Source: Chiloscyllium plagiosum (Eukaryota). From it: 64,000 bases of DNA. The notes under the pieces were generated by a model, which had not been told where the DNA came from, ran no database searches, and worked only from the letters and a program-made list of their open reading frames with translations. This document shows, one piece after another, positions 37,093-50,034 of this stretch; the first letter of the stretch is position 1; each line of letters begins with the position of its first letter. A program made the translations under genes and the position numbers. Where the stretch lies: positions 11,317,160 through 11,381,159 of the forward strand of contig NC_057752.1 of NCBI RefSeq assembly GCF_004010195.1, given 5' to 3'.

Positions 37093-39039
37093 CTTAAGTG
37101 GTTTCTCTTCATGAAACATACACAATGCAGACTTATTTTTAGCAATAAATATCTTTCTTTAGCAGAAGTAACAAGGATAAATAGGAAAAATCAAACTATC
37201 CACTTACAACACCAGTTCAATGATTTTTTTCTTTTAAAAATGCGCACAGCAAAAGTATGATCCCATTAATCCCAAAACATTCATTTATAAAAAGTAAGAA
37301 AATTTAACTTTATGGTCCACAAAACACGTTCCTGCAAAAGTACTCACACTAGAGTCCCTGTCTCAAGCATCTCAACCGGCTTCAGTCACTTGTGACTTAA
37401 TTAATTATCTGCAGGTGGCTTCTTCCTAGGCCTACTATGCACCTGACCTTAAATGTACTTAGCTTTAAGTAACTTTCAGGATTTCATGTAAACACTTCTG
37501 GTTTGGGGCCATTGCTAACTCTTTAAGGCAATCCAGTTTCACCATTATCATTTCTTCTCAGGAGCACTGCTCTATACAAGCATCTTCATCAAAGGATTTC
37601 AGAGGACTACTCAAAAATCAGTCAAACTTTTTAAAACAAAAGTTCTCCAGGTTGTGTGTGTGTTCCTTAACCTTGTAAAAAGATGAATGTTCTAAAGTAC
37701 ATCTTGTTTAACTTGCTTAGCTGTAAAGCCCCACCATATACACAAAACACGTTAATTCTAAAGCCAGATCCCAAAAGCTGTTTTAAAGGATATCCCCATG
37801 GGCTACAGAAATACTTAGTTAATAAATTAATTTCACACATGCAATCCACATGTTACTAACTTAGCCAAATTTACAATAAATGTTTTAAATATATATATAT
37901 GTATCAATCTGCATCACATCTTCCCTCAAAGAAGGATGAGAATGTATTTTAGAGGGGTGGCCCTATTCTGTCATACTAGTGGTAATGTCATATTAACATT
38001 AAATATACAGTGAGCTACACAACAATCTTTGGTCAATACTGTTCTCCCTTTCACCTCACACTTTTTATTCTTTTCATGGGATGTGGGGTCACTGGTATTT
38101 GTTGCTAATTCTCTTTGAACTGAGTGACTTCGTTAATCATTTCAGAGGACAATTGGAGTTGATACCTCACTGTGGTTCAGGAGTCATATGTAGGCCAGAC
38201 CAATTAAGGACAGCGAGGTTCCTTCCCAAAACACATTAGTGTACCAGGTGGCTTTCTACAACCATCAATAACAATTTCATGGTCACACTAATGACACTAG
38301 CTTTATTTTAACTGAATTCAAAATCCACCAACTGAAGTGCTGGGCTTTGAACCGGTGTTCAGAGCATTGGCCTGGACCATTAGATTACTAATGCAATGAA
38401 GCTGTCATGATGTTGTCATCTTCCCCCTTTGAACCTGATTCAGCACCATCTCTTGTTTGACTTCTCCTGTCTCCTGGACTATGCCAGCTAGATCGATGCA
38501 CCTGGTTTCTTGCTGCATGCTGATGACAGCTCTGAACACTTTGCAGTCCTCAGGACTGATGGAATAAAATTGAAGTGAGAGATGTGCAACCAAAGAGAGG
38601 GAAAATGTAGCTGTCCTGGTCTTCAGTGTTTCTTATTGTACTTCAACCTTGTTGAACTAACAATTGTTATGCATTGGATTTATGTCAGGTATTGAATGCA
38701 GAGATAACCACTGAATTATTAATAATTCTTTACAGCACTCTTGTATTTAAGGTTTAAGGCAGGCTGTTGGTAGATTGGTTTTACAGCTTGCAGCCTTATT
38801 TGCACTCTATTGAGGTTTAAAATTAGATTAAATGTTTCCCTGATGGAGTAACTGTTTAATCTTGTCAAGACTTTGAAGCTGGTGCTCTGCTCCAAGTGTT
38901 CAAAGTATTTTGAGATGTATCCTGTGATATTGCTCACAGCGTAGGAAATGGCATACCACTTGCACCTCATTATTTGCAGATTTGCTACTCATGAGGTTGG
39001 GGGTGGTAGATGGGGTCTAACTCTGTGTTTGTTGGTTGG

Positions 39040-39535
39040 AACCCCAGTTCCGGTTGGAATGCCATGCTTCTAGGAATTCTCGCACGTGTCTCTGTTTGGC
39101 TTGTCCGAGGATGGATGTGTTGTCCACGTCAAAGTGGTGTCCTTCCTCGTCTGTATGTGAGGATACAAGTGAGAGAGGGTCATGTCGTTTTGTGGCGAGT
39201 TGATGTTCATGTATCCTGGTAGTGAGTTTTCTGCCTGTTTGTCCAATGTAGTGTTTGTTACAGTCCTTGCATGGTATTTTGTAAATGACGTTAGTTTTGC
39301 TCATTGTATACAATAATAAACACATTGAGTTTGACCCCATCTACCACCCCCTGAGAAAAGGAGCAGGAAGTGACTTCACCACAGGAAATGACATCACCAA
39401 CCCAAAGAAACCCAAACATAGAAAGCAGGAGTTTTCAGCATTGCTTCGCATGAGGCCCATGAAGATGTTACCTAGTAAGGTAACGCAACGTTTGGAAATG
39501 AACCTTTCAACTCAGCGAGCAAATCTACATCTTTT
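39040..39535 (-). mobile_element. Penelope-like GIY-YIG endonuclease fragment plus inverted pLTR with decayed hammerhead
   Basis: TNVIYKIPCKDCNKHYIGQTGRKLTTRIHEHQLA...REFLEAWHS; + strand catgaagatgttacctagtaaggtaacgcaacgtt. Confidence 0.88.
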
Positions 39536-41168
39536 CTATAACTATTTTAAAATTAATAGAATTATGATTACCTGGCCCCAAAGTGCTCCCCCACTGACAT
39601 CTCAGTCACCTGCCCTGCCTTACTTCACAAGAGTAGGTCAAGTTTTGCACCTTCTCTAGTAGTACATCCACATCCTGAATCAGAACATTTGTTTGTACAC
39701 ACTTAACAAATTCCTCCCCATCCAAGCTCTTAACACTATGGCAGCCTCAGTCTATGTTTGGAAAGTTAAAATCCCCTACCATTGCAACTGTTATTCCTAC
39801 ATATTGGAGATCTCTTTACAAATTTGCTTCTCATTTTCCCACTGACTATTCGGGGCCTTTAGTATAATCCCAACAAGGTGATCGTCCTTTCCTCTTTCAG
39901 TTCCACCCAAATAACATCACTGGGCATACTCCTAGGAGTATCCTCCTAAAGTACAGCCATAATGTTATCCCTAACAAAAAAAAGCCACTCCGCCTCCTCT
40001 CTTGTCCCCCTTTCTATCTTTCCTATAGCATCTATACCCAGGAGCATTCATTTCTTTAACGGCCAACATGTCAAATCTAAACAAGGACAATTTATAAGTG
40101 GGTATGGGTTCTAAATTAAAGTGAGCATTAAGAATTTAAACTCTGGATATTAAACATCTATATCTTTTCTAAAATAAAGAAAAATGGTAAGCATGAAGCT
40201 GTCAGATTGTCGTAAAACCCCAGGATCTGGCGTAATGTCCTTTCAGGGTAGGAGACCTGGCCTTTACTGGAGTTCCACACATTTCAGTGTCCTCTGAAGT
40301 AACCTGACATTAAATTCAGGACCCCAAATGATGAGCAATAAATGCTGATCCTATCCGGTACACCCACGTCCTCTGAGAATTAATAGCTTTTAATTACTTT
40401 ACACAGATTCTGTATACCAGCAAATAATTGTTGTCTGCCTCCCATTTGAGAGAGGCTGAAGATAATAGGACACAAGACATCTTTATTATGTGTCACCATT
40501 TTAAATCTGTTATGCTACAAACCTCTCTAACAACAAGCTTTAGTTAGGTTGAATAAGTACAATATTTTTTTCAAAGCAATTTGTGCTGCTTCACTTAAGT
40601 TTTTAATTTGGTTTTCATAAAGTAATTGTGTCCTGTTGAGTCATTTGATTTCTTTAACCCAATAGCAAGATAGAAATGCATGGATTTATGAATTTCCTTT
40701 ATTTCTTACTGTCTGTAATTGAAGCACTGATTTCATGAATGAAGTGTTTGTACCAGATCTTTGCTTACAATATTGACAGAGGGTGAGAGCTGATCCTTAT
40801 TCAAGAAATTTGGGTCACTCATTAATGATTCCAATTTGTGAAGTAGTTTTTCTTGGTCTGTCTTGAACATTTCTTAACTTTTGAATCTATTTGGTTGGCC
40901 TTGTATTCCCAGTGTGGCTGTAATTTATTTTGCACTGCTCTCCATTAGAGAACTGGACATAACAAATGTGTGGTGGTGATGATGGGTTAACTATTGTTTT
41001 GTTGGGCAATAAGGGCTGCAGTACTTCCTAGCTCCTAATTTTAAAATAGGAGAATGTATTTTTCTTGATCCCTCAATGTATGATTGATTCATCATACTCT
41101 TGGCTGACAGCATTGGGTATGCTATAGTGTGAGGCATTTTCATTTTGTCGCATGTGATTTGTTTGCAG

Positions 41169-41279
41169 CCAAAGGGTGCTGATAGAAAACAGAAAACAGA
41201 TAGGGAAAAGATGGAAAAACGAACTCCTCAGGAGAAGGAAAAATATCAGCCTTCTTATGACACAACTATTCTCACAGAG
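41169..41279 (+). CDS. TFCP2: TFCP2 exon 7 equivalent, 111 nt
   Basis: tttgcag| ... GAG|gtaaga; [37 protein letters not shown]. Confidence 0.96.
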
Positions 41280-41717
41280 GTAAGACTGCACTAGTTTGTT
41301 TGAGATCTGGCACTTGTTTTCTGAAGTCAACTAGATGTGTTTTTTGGTGTGTCATATTTTGATTTAAAACTGTAAAATTGAAGTGTTGAGGAAGAGGGAA
41401 GAAGCCCAATTGGCTTATTGTCAATGTTATTTTGATTTCTGTTTTGGTTCATTCTTGGGACAGGGCTCATTTTTTAAAAAAAATTAAATTACTTGAAGTA
41501 ATTCAGTGTTCATTAACAGTTATGAATCTGCTAAAAGACTAATTAAAAATGTCTAAACATCAATGTACAGTAGACTGTAGGAAAGTTGTGTAGTAACTAT
41601 AAGGAACCTACCTGTTATTGAAATGAATCTAACAATAGTTGTGCATAATTTTGGGGTAGTTGTCCATCACATTTTGATTTATAAGTGCCTAACTGACATT
41701 TTTCCCCCCTCATCCAG

Positions 41718-41806
41718 TGTTCTCCCTGGCCAGACATTTCCTACGTTAACAATACGGCATCTCCTGGCTTTAGCAGTTCGCAGGGCAGTTATACCATTGC
41801 TGAAGG
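41718..41806 (+). CDS. TFCP2: TFCP2 exon 8 equivalent, 89 nt
   Basis: catccag| ... GAAGG|gtgggt; CSPWPDISYVNNTASPGFSSSQGSYTIAE(G). Confidence 0.93.
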
Positions 41807-41893
41807 GTGGGTCTCATCATTGCTATTTTATCATTCTCATAATTTGCAGCATTTGAAAAATTTTTTTCATAGAAGCAATTGATCTAATTTCAG

Positions 41894-41942
41894 AAATGGA
41901 TCCCCTCATCATCAGCCTGACCCGGTTCCTGCAAGCACTGAT
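41894..41942 (+). CDS. TFCP2: TFCP2 exon 9 equivalent, 49 nt
   Basis: atttcag| ... GAT|gtaagt; (G)NGSPHHQPDPVPASTD; follows an 87-nt intron. Confidence 0.92.
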
Positions 41943-43159
41943 GTAAGTGTTCTTGTTTTCCAGCATTATTCATAAATCTATCCTGCTCAATGCAATAACA
42001 TGAGAATATTGTGTCTGAAAGAATCATAGAAACTTGCATCAAAGGAGGAAGCTCGCTGTGGATTTTCAGCAGATCAGTTATGCTTGTTGACTTATGTTTG
42101 TTTTTATCTGAAACCCTCTTAGTTCCTCAGTTCAACTACCTGGGCCATCTCCGTTCTAAAGTAATTTCTGAAATCAGCTTTAAATATCTTTTTCACACAA
42201 AGTGCTCCAGATCCTGATGACTCTGGTGGGAGGAATGTAATTCTCATTTCCCTCCAGCTCTTTTTTCCAGTGATTTTGAATCTGTGATCTCCAGTTATTG
42301 ACTCATTTGCCAGAGCGAATGTAATTTCCTTACTTACTCGATCAAAACAGTTTTTCATCTTAACCTCTCTTAGGTCGCTTCTTGTCCTCCTCTATTCCAA
42401 GAAAAAGACTCCTTCCCTTTCTTCCCCCAGCCAGCGTCCTTTGTGCCTGTGGACATCCTGCCAAACCAACTCTGTATTCTTTATGAATGCCTTTACAAAG
42501 AAAGGCAGGACTGGTACTAAATATTCCTGGATGGAAGTTGTTCAGGAAGAAAAAGAAACCTAGCAATAATAATTTAAGGAGAATGTTACAGTGATAGAGA
42601 GAGGATGCCCTGAAGGGCCATGGCTGAAATCTATTTGGTTAGAGTGAAGAAACAATAGAGGTGCCATTACATTACTCAGTGTATTCTTATAAGTCAACAA
42701 GTTATAAAGAGAAATTGCTGGAGAAACTCACCATCTCTGGCAGCATCTGTGGAGAAAAGCAACATTAACATTTCTGGTCTGGTGACATTCCTTCAGAAGT
42801 AAATTTTGTAATCCCTATAAATCTCTCTCTGGCAGTGAAGTGTAAATTTCTTGTGCTTTGCCCATGCAGAGTAAGTTGAGAGGTAATGTTCAGTTTTCCT
42901 TTGGCTGACTTAGTTATCTGGCTATTTTCTCCAAATGACATAAAAGAATGCCTTCCTATATTATACCGTCCAAAGGATGTGGTCCTCCTTGTATTTCTAC
43001 TAAATCTAAATGTTCCTGCTGGTATTTCAGCTCTCTCTGCCTTCCTAGATTTAGCAAAGGGTTTCACCACCAGCTTAGTTGTCAATTCAATTAAATTTTG
43101 GGAATGTTGACTTGTGGAAATTCATTAAGACGGACCAGGACAATTCTGCTTCCTCATTG

Positions 43160-43700
43160 TACAGTACAGAAGAGGCTCTTTGGCCCATGGAGTCTGTGCT
43201 GATAGAAATTACTCCAAATCTACACTATTTCCACTTCCCAGCATTTGCCCACAGCATTGAACATTGTGACATTTCAAGTGCTCATTTAAGTACTGCTAAA
43301 ATGAAGCCTCAACTACCCTCCCAGGCAGTACATTGCAGATTTCTACCATTTTCTGGTTGAAAAAGATTTCCTCAAATCCCCTTAAAAACTTCCTGCCTTT
43401 CATGTGAAGATTATGCTCCTTTGTTATTAACCCTTCAACAAAGTGGAACTGCTGCTTTCTATCTCTCTACATGTCTTGCATAATTGAATACATCTCAATC
43501 AGGCCCCCCTCAGCCTTTTCTGCTCTTTTTTTAAAAAAAAAACAACCTGCGCCTATCCAGTCCCTCTTCATAGCTGAAGTGCTCCATCCCAGGTGACATC
43601 CTGGTGAATCCCCTCTGCACCCGCTCCAGTGCTAGCACATCCCTTTTACAGAGCAATGACCAAAAAATACATACAGTACTCCAGATGTGGCCTCACCACA
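43160..43700 (-). mobile_element. Degenerate CR1 3' fragment
   Basis: Reverse-complement similarity to the other CR1 3' ends in the window. Confidence 0.65.
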
Positions 43701-44210
43701 GTTTTGTGCTGCTTTGTACTCCTGTAAGGAAATTGTAAAAGATTCCTGTCACTTCTTATTTGTAGTACAGATTTGGGGTTTTCTTTTACCTTTATCTCCA
43801 AGTATTGCCAAACCCAAATTCATGTTGTCACTGTTCCACATTAATGTTAGCCAAGAGCCCCCGGTCTCTTGTTAAGTCTGACTTCTGAAAGTGCGCTGAT
43901 GTTTCAATCTCCGTTATTCCTGGTGTCTTCACAAAAGTTGAAAATGTAATTAAAGCACGTAAAGTCCCCAATTTATTTATCTGATAGACTAACAAAGCTA
44001 ATGGGAAACACTGACCAGGTTTTCGTTTATAACGAGAATCGCTATTTATTACAATTCTGTAAATTTTCAATACAGATAAACAAACTCAAGCTATCAACAT
44101 ATGACTTTAGTAGTTGAAACTGTAACTCTTTTTAAAATCTTTTGTGCGTGTGTACACCAACAAAAAGTATTGGCATTATGAGTAGAGGAAAATTACTGGG
44201 GAGAAATAAA

Positions 44211-44555
44211 ATCACAGAATCCCTACAGTGTGGGAACAGGCCATTCGGCCCAACAAGTCCACATCGACCCTCTGAAGAATAACCCACCCAGACCCATTCC
44301 CCTACCTTATTACTCTACATTTACTCCTGACGAATGCACCTAGCCTACACAATCCTGAACACTGTGGGCAATTTAGCATGGATGATTCACCTAACCTATA
44401 TATCTTTCGGATTGTGGGCAGAAACCGGAGCACCCAGAGGAAACCCACACAGACTCAGGGAGAATGTGCAAATTCCACACAGATGGGCACCTGAGGCTGC
44501 AATCGAACCTGGGTCCCTGGTGCTGTGAGGCAGCAGTGCTAACCACTGAGCTACC
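44211..44555 (-). mobile_element. HE1-like SINE
   Basis: Matches 2472-2773 over most of its length. Confidence 0.82.
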
Positions 44556-45089
44556 TCCAAGCCATGTGCCATCCTGGCTTGGAAATATGTTGCTAGGTCA
44601 AAATCCTAGAACTCCTCCCTTACAGCATTGTACATTGGATTGCAGCAGCTAAATAAGAGAGCTCAACACCACCTTCTCTAGGGAAATTAGGGATGTGCAA
44701 GAAATGCTGGCTTAGCCAGCAGGTCCCTCAAAAGAACGCTAAGAAAGTGACAATGCTGAATCAGAAAGTCCTGGATACTGGTCTCCTGCACAATGACAGA
44801 TCAGGGTTGTCAGCTTCGGTTCAAAATCAGAAGCCTTTCCTCTGGTGCAGAGGAGTCCAAGATGAGGAGTAGCGGTGTTAAAGTGAATGTCGCACCATGT
44901 AGGGGGGTAATGTCAACAAACACCTTTGCAGACAAAGGTTAGTAGAAATTGAGAATTCTTTTTCCCCCCGATTGGAGGTTTTGAAGACTGACATTTCGGC
45001 GTTGTTCTTCAGGGATACAGGACAAAGGTGGGCAAATTTGTGAGGCCCAGATCAGCCACGATTTGATAGAATGCCAGAGAACAGAACAG

Positions 45090-45675
45090 CCTTGAAGGTT
45101 TGAGTTATATAAAGAGGCTGGGGCCTTTTACACTGGAGCATAGGAAATTGAGGGGTGACTTTACAGAAGTTTATAAAATCATGAGGGGCATGGATAAGGT
45201 GAAATGTTAAAAAGGGCATGATGGGCAATTTTTACAAATTCTTTAGAGTGGTGTGTATGTGTAGAATGAACTTCCAGAGGAAGTGGTGGATATGGGTACA
45301 ACATTTAAAATATTTTTGGATAAGTTTGATTAGACTAGATTAGATTCCACACTGTGGAAACAGGCCCTTCGACCCAACAAGTCCACACCAACGCTCCGAA
45401 GAGCACCCCACCCAAGACCATTCCCCTACATTTACCCCTGACTAATGCACCGAACACTACGGGCAATTTAGCACAGCCAATTCACCTAACCTGCACTGGA
45501 CTGTGGGAGGAAACCGGAGCACCCAGAGGAAACCCACACGGACACGAGTTCATGAGCAAGAAATGTTTGGAGGAATATGAGCCAAGCAAAACAAGTGGGA
45601 TTAGTTTAGTTTGGGGTTGTGATCAGCATGGATTGGTTGGACCGAAGGGCCTGTTTCCGTGCTGTACGACTGTAT
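45090..45675 (+). mobile_element. CR1 3' fragment with nested partial HE1-like SINE (45330-45546, -)
   Basis: LRGDFTEVYKIMRGMDKV motif; SINE tail ttagactagattagatt. Confidence 0.75.
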
Positions 45676-47279
45676 GAATGGCTGTTGCCTGGTTTTAACA
45701 TTTTGATTGTATTAATACAATATTTTGATGGGCAGGACAGCATTCTAACCTGCAACATTATCTAGTCATCTGTGCGTCATTGTGCTCAGATCCTCTTGGC
45801 TCCCCATCTCCATCCAGTTGAAGCTGGTGTGGGCGCAGTACATACCATGGCCATGGGGGCTTCTGGTGTGGGTGCAGTACGTACCATGGCCATGGGCGCC
45901 TGTGTGCAGTGAAAGGTCCAGTAGAAAGGCATGCAGGATAACACGCTCCTCAAACTGATGCTGAGCAGGTTCCAAGCTCGCTCACAGCTGAAGCCAGGAA
46001 GGGGATCCCTGCCTCCACCTCGCAACACAGGGCCCACGTCCTCAAGGAGGTACCAGCAGAACGCTGTTACTGGCGCCTCCAGCCTAGCACCAGTCTAAAG
46101 GCTTCAATGAGATGTGTTCCTTTCTCTTCCTAAGACCACCTATTCTCTGCTTTTGTTCATTCCAGACTCTCAGCTCTTTGACAAGGATCCAGGGGATTTA
46201 TGGACTAATTGTCCAATTTCACATTCACTGTTTAGAGGCAACACCTTCCCACGGGTGGGAGTCATTAACTGACCGCTTTCAAGCTCAAGTTACTTTGCTG
46301 CAGACAGAATAAAGACAGACCCTGCTTCTTCCAAACTAACCATTTCTTGCTACCCCCAACATTTATACACACAGCTGTTCAGTTGCCTGCAATCCAATCA
46401 GAGAGCTGCTATGAAGGTGATACCTCTGGTGTCCACAAGTGGTCACAGTTGCACCCACCAAACAGTAATCTGTTGCTGGCTGAATCTTTGTTTGTGCATA
46501 TATCCTGGTGCCATGCCATCTCATCTCATCTCATCTCATCTCTCCTCCCCTTTTGCTTGTGGAACAGCAGTGTAAATATAATTCACAATGAGTCCAGTGA
46601 CTTGTTTTTAAAGTGCAGCATTTTGTTTCCCAATCCTTGGTTTTGATAGTCCTTTTCCCATTTTAGTCTACAATTAAAAATGTAGAAAAGTAAATAGATG
46701 CAATCTTTATGCTGGATAAGGACAGCAGATTTTCTTCACTTTTTTGCTCACTTTTTTAATTTCAAGTTTATTTATTTAATTAGACTTAAATGCTCCTGTG
46801 ACATACTAGGATTTTAACTTTTTCCTTTTCCTTTCTCATGGGATGAGTATGCCTTGGCAAGCCCAGCATTTGTCCATCTTTAACTGGCCTGGGGAGGTGA
46901 TAAAGTCCTCTCTTGAGCTGTTGCAGTCCATTTGGTCTTGGTGCACTCACAGTGGTGTTAGGGAGGGAGTTGCAGGATTTTTTTAAAAAAGTGTGCAGTG
47001 TAGGTTCTGCTGGCTAGGCCAATGTTTATTTTTAAAGTGCTGTTAAGAGCCAGCGACGTTGCTGTGGGTCTGAAATCACATGTAGGCTAGACAAGGTAAG
47101 GATGGCAGTTTCCTTCTTGAAAGGACATGAGTGAACCAGATGGGTTTTTCCAACAATTGACCATGGTTTCATGGTCATCATTGGGCTATTAATTCCAGGT
47201 ATTCCACCATCTGCCATTGTGGAATTTGAACCCGCGTCCCCAGAACATTAGCTGTATTTTATTTTGATAGCTAGGCCAT

Positions 47280-48280
47280 CAGTAACAATGAGGGTGGTGT
47301 GTGGCTTGGAGGAGAACATGGTAGTCTTCCAATGCATCTGTTGCCCAACCCCAATATCCTGTGACTGAGATGACTGACCTCCAAGGACCCACAATTATCT
47401 TCAGTTGTACTCTAACCATTTCCCCCAATTCCAGTTCTCTCCAGTTTAGCTAACGCTCCTTGATGCCACGATCAAATTTGACCTTGATGTCAAGAGCAGT
47501 AACTCTCACTTCAGTTCTGGAGTTAACTACTTTTGTCCATGTTTTGACTAATGCTGTAATGACATGAGGAGCTGCATGGGCCTGGCAGAACCTAAAATAA
47601 GTGGCAGTGAGCAAGTGATTGCCTTGTCGGTTTTGCTTGATTGTACTACCAACAAAACATTCGATTAATTTGCTCATGATTTAGTGTAGACTAACGCAGT
47701 AATTTGTCTGAATTGGATTTGACCTACTTTCCCCTAGTAGATGCAAGGGGACAGGCAACTGCATTGCAACTTGGCTAAAGGTGTAGCTAGTTTTGGAGTG
47801 CAGGTCTGTTACTGGGATATCGTCAGGGCCTATAGCCTTTGCAGTGTCAAGTGCCTGTAGTGTTTTCTTGATATGTGATGAGTCAAATTGACAGAACCCA
47901 TCTGTGATGCTGGAGAGCTTAATAGTAGACTAGTACGGGTCATTTACCCGTGATCTTATAGCTGAAGATGGCTTTACAAGCTTTGACCTAGCTTTTCAAG
48001 TTTCTCCATAATTTCGATGGACATGTTTGTGGAGCTGCCTCCTCCAGTTTGTTCTGAGGGCTGAACTAGACATATTTTTAATCAATAAGAAAATCAAGGA
48101 TTACAGGGCTAAGGCAGGACAGTGGAGTTGAGAATTATCAGAGAAGACATGATCCAAATTACCTGCTTCTGCTCCAAATCTTATTGTTTTATTATCCACC
48201 TCCATTCATGACTGGGAATGACAGGGTTCTGAGCCATTGTTCCTGATCTCCCTTTGTTCCATCTGTTGTGTGCTGCTTCA
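47280..48280 (-). mobile_element. Degenerate LINE RT fragment (second family)
   Basis: APHVITALVKTWTKVVNSRTEVRVTALDIKVKFDR. Confidence 0.65.
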
Positions 48281-49414
48281 CTGTTTAACATGTATGCCTC
48301 TAGATCATTAAATCTGTAATGTAACCACATCTGTGTCTGTTCATTAAACTTCCAGGGCACCTTTTACTTTAAAAGGAATATACCTAGATTGTGTCTAAAT
48401 TATTACCATCCTCAATGGGTTGATGGCTCTTTACGCTTTTCCCTAAATCACCTTTCCAACCTCCTTTAAATCATTTCATGGAATTAATTCTAACCCTGTT
48501 GACTTTGTTTTGCATGTTGTTTTTTCTGATCTCATTGCCATAATTATTATAAACAAAATTCTGTTCTTGTCCCTGCTATCCAGCTGATCTCCTTTTGGTC
48601 TCCGGACCAGATCTAGATCCAATGTTCTTGCTTTTTGGATGGGAGGCATAGTAGTCAAGAAAGTCTTCCGTGTGAATCAAAATTTCTCCCCCTCAATACA
48701 CTTTACACTATTTTCTTCCACTCCTACTGTTGCTATTTTTGTTTTTTGCTGCATATCATTGACATTTATTCCTCTCTCTCCATGATCTTTGGAACTCCAA
48801 TTTTTTTTCAAAAATCTACCAATAAAACTGCTCAGCCCCTCTTCTTGTAGTCAAGTCAAACAGGTTCAGTCACGGATCCAACTGTAAATCATTTCTATTC
48901 TTCCAGCGGTGTTTGAAAATGTGGAGTAAACAGATTAGCTATGATCTTATTGAATAGGCTTCAAGCAGCTGTAATAGTAGCATCGCCTTTAATCAATAAT
49001 GCCTTGTCCCCTCCTTATTTTGCTTCTCTATATTGTTGCTGCTCATTGGTGACCAGGCATATTAAATTTCTGCCCGCAGCTAACCAAACTTCTTACTTAA
49101 ATTACAAGCAAGAATAGCAAAGGAGGTATTAAATTCTATTTCTTCAATCTGGTTCCTGTATATTTTCTGAATATTTTTAACTTTGCTACATTTTTTAACC
49201 CTCTGTCCTTTGACCTAATTTCTGCTTTCTGGTTCTCCTTCCCCTGTGAAATTATTTAAACTATTAGTTAACCTCTCAGCGAAAATATTTCAATTGAACA
49301 ATGCCTGGATCGATCTGCTCATCTTAGACAGTTGCCCTTCTGCCGGACTGGTCTGAAATCCTCCCTCCTGCAGTGCTTGTCCAGCCCCACATTTGCTTGC
49401 GTAATCATCTTGTT

Positions 49415-49642
49415 GGAACAAATTACTGCAGATGCTGGAATCTGCACTAAAAACAAAAAGTGCTGGGGATCATGATTGGTCAGGCAGCATCCATGGAGAG
49501 AAAGCAAGCTAATGTTTTGAGTCTAGATCATTCATCAGAGTTGAAGTGAATTGAGCTCTAACGAAGAGTCCTCTACATTCAACATTAGCTTGCTTTCTCT
49601 CCATGGGTGCTGCCTGACCCGCTGAGATCTCCAGAATTTTTT
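49415..49642. mobile_element. PLE-derived hairpin element with decayed hammerhead motifs
   Basis: ggcagcatccatggagagaaagcaagctaatgtt vs aacattagcttgctttctctccatgggtgctgcc; gtaatcatc direct repeats flank. Confidence 0.72.
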
Positions 49643-50034
49643 GTAATCATCCTGGTTAATGTCCTAGAGCAATTTGAATTTATATGTACTGGATATTTAA
49701 CCCCTGCCATCTCCCCTCCCTCTCCCCCCCCACCCACCTTGCTTGCGCTCTCTTCTCTCTCTCTTTTCCCCCACCCCAATAGTGCGTTGACAACTCACTT
49801 TTGTTTGTAAGATTGTGGTCACGCTTAATTGTTAGAAGATGATTATACTTTAAGTTCTTTACATATGAGCCTAGGTTTGCCCATATCCAATAAGTTTATT
49901 CGTGATTAGCCCTAATATGATTCAGATTTTGGGGCCACAGTTGGATCAAAATCTTTAGTTGAGCTTTGATACAGGTGCCCATGCTATTTGGCAGTGATTT
50001 TTGGTTTACAGTGGAGATTTCTGTGAAATCAAAT

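Noticed and set aside
41280..41717. UBP1/LBP-1b-type extra exon between exons 7 and 8
   Set aside because: No matching peptide or convincing frame-preserving exon found; the gene sequence fits TFCP2
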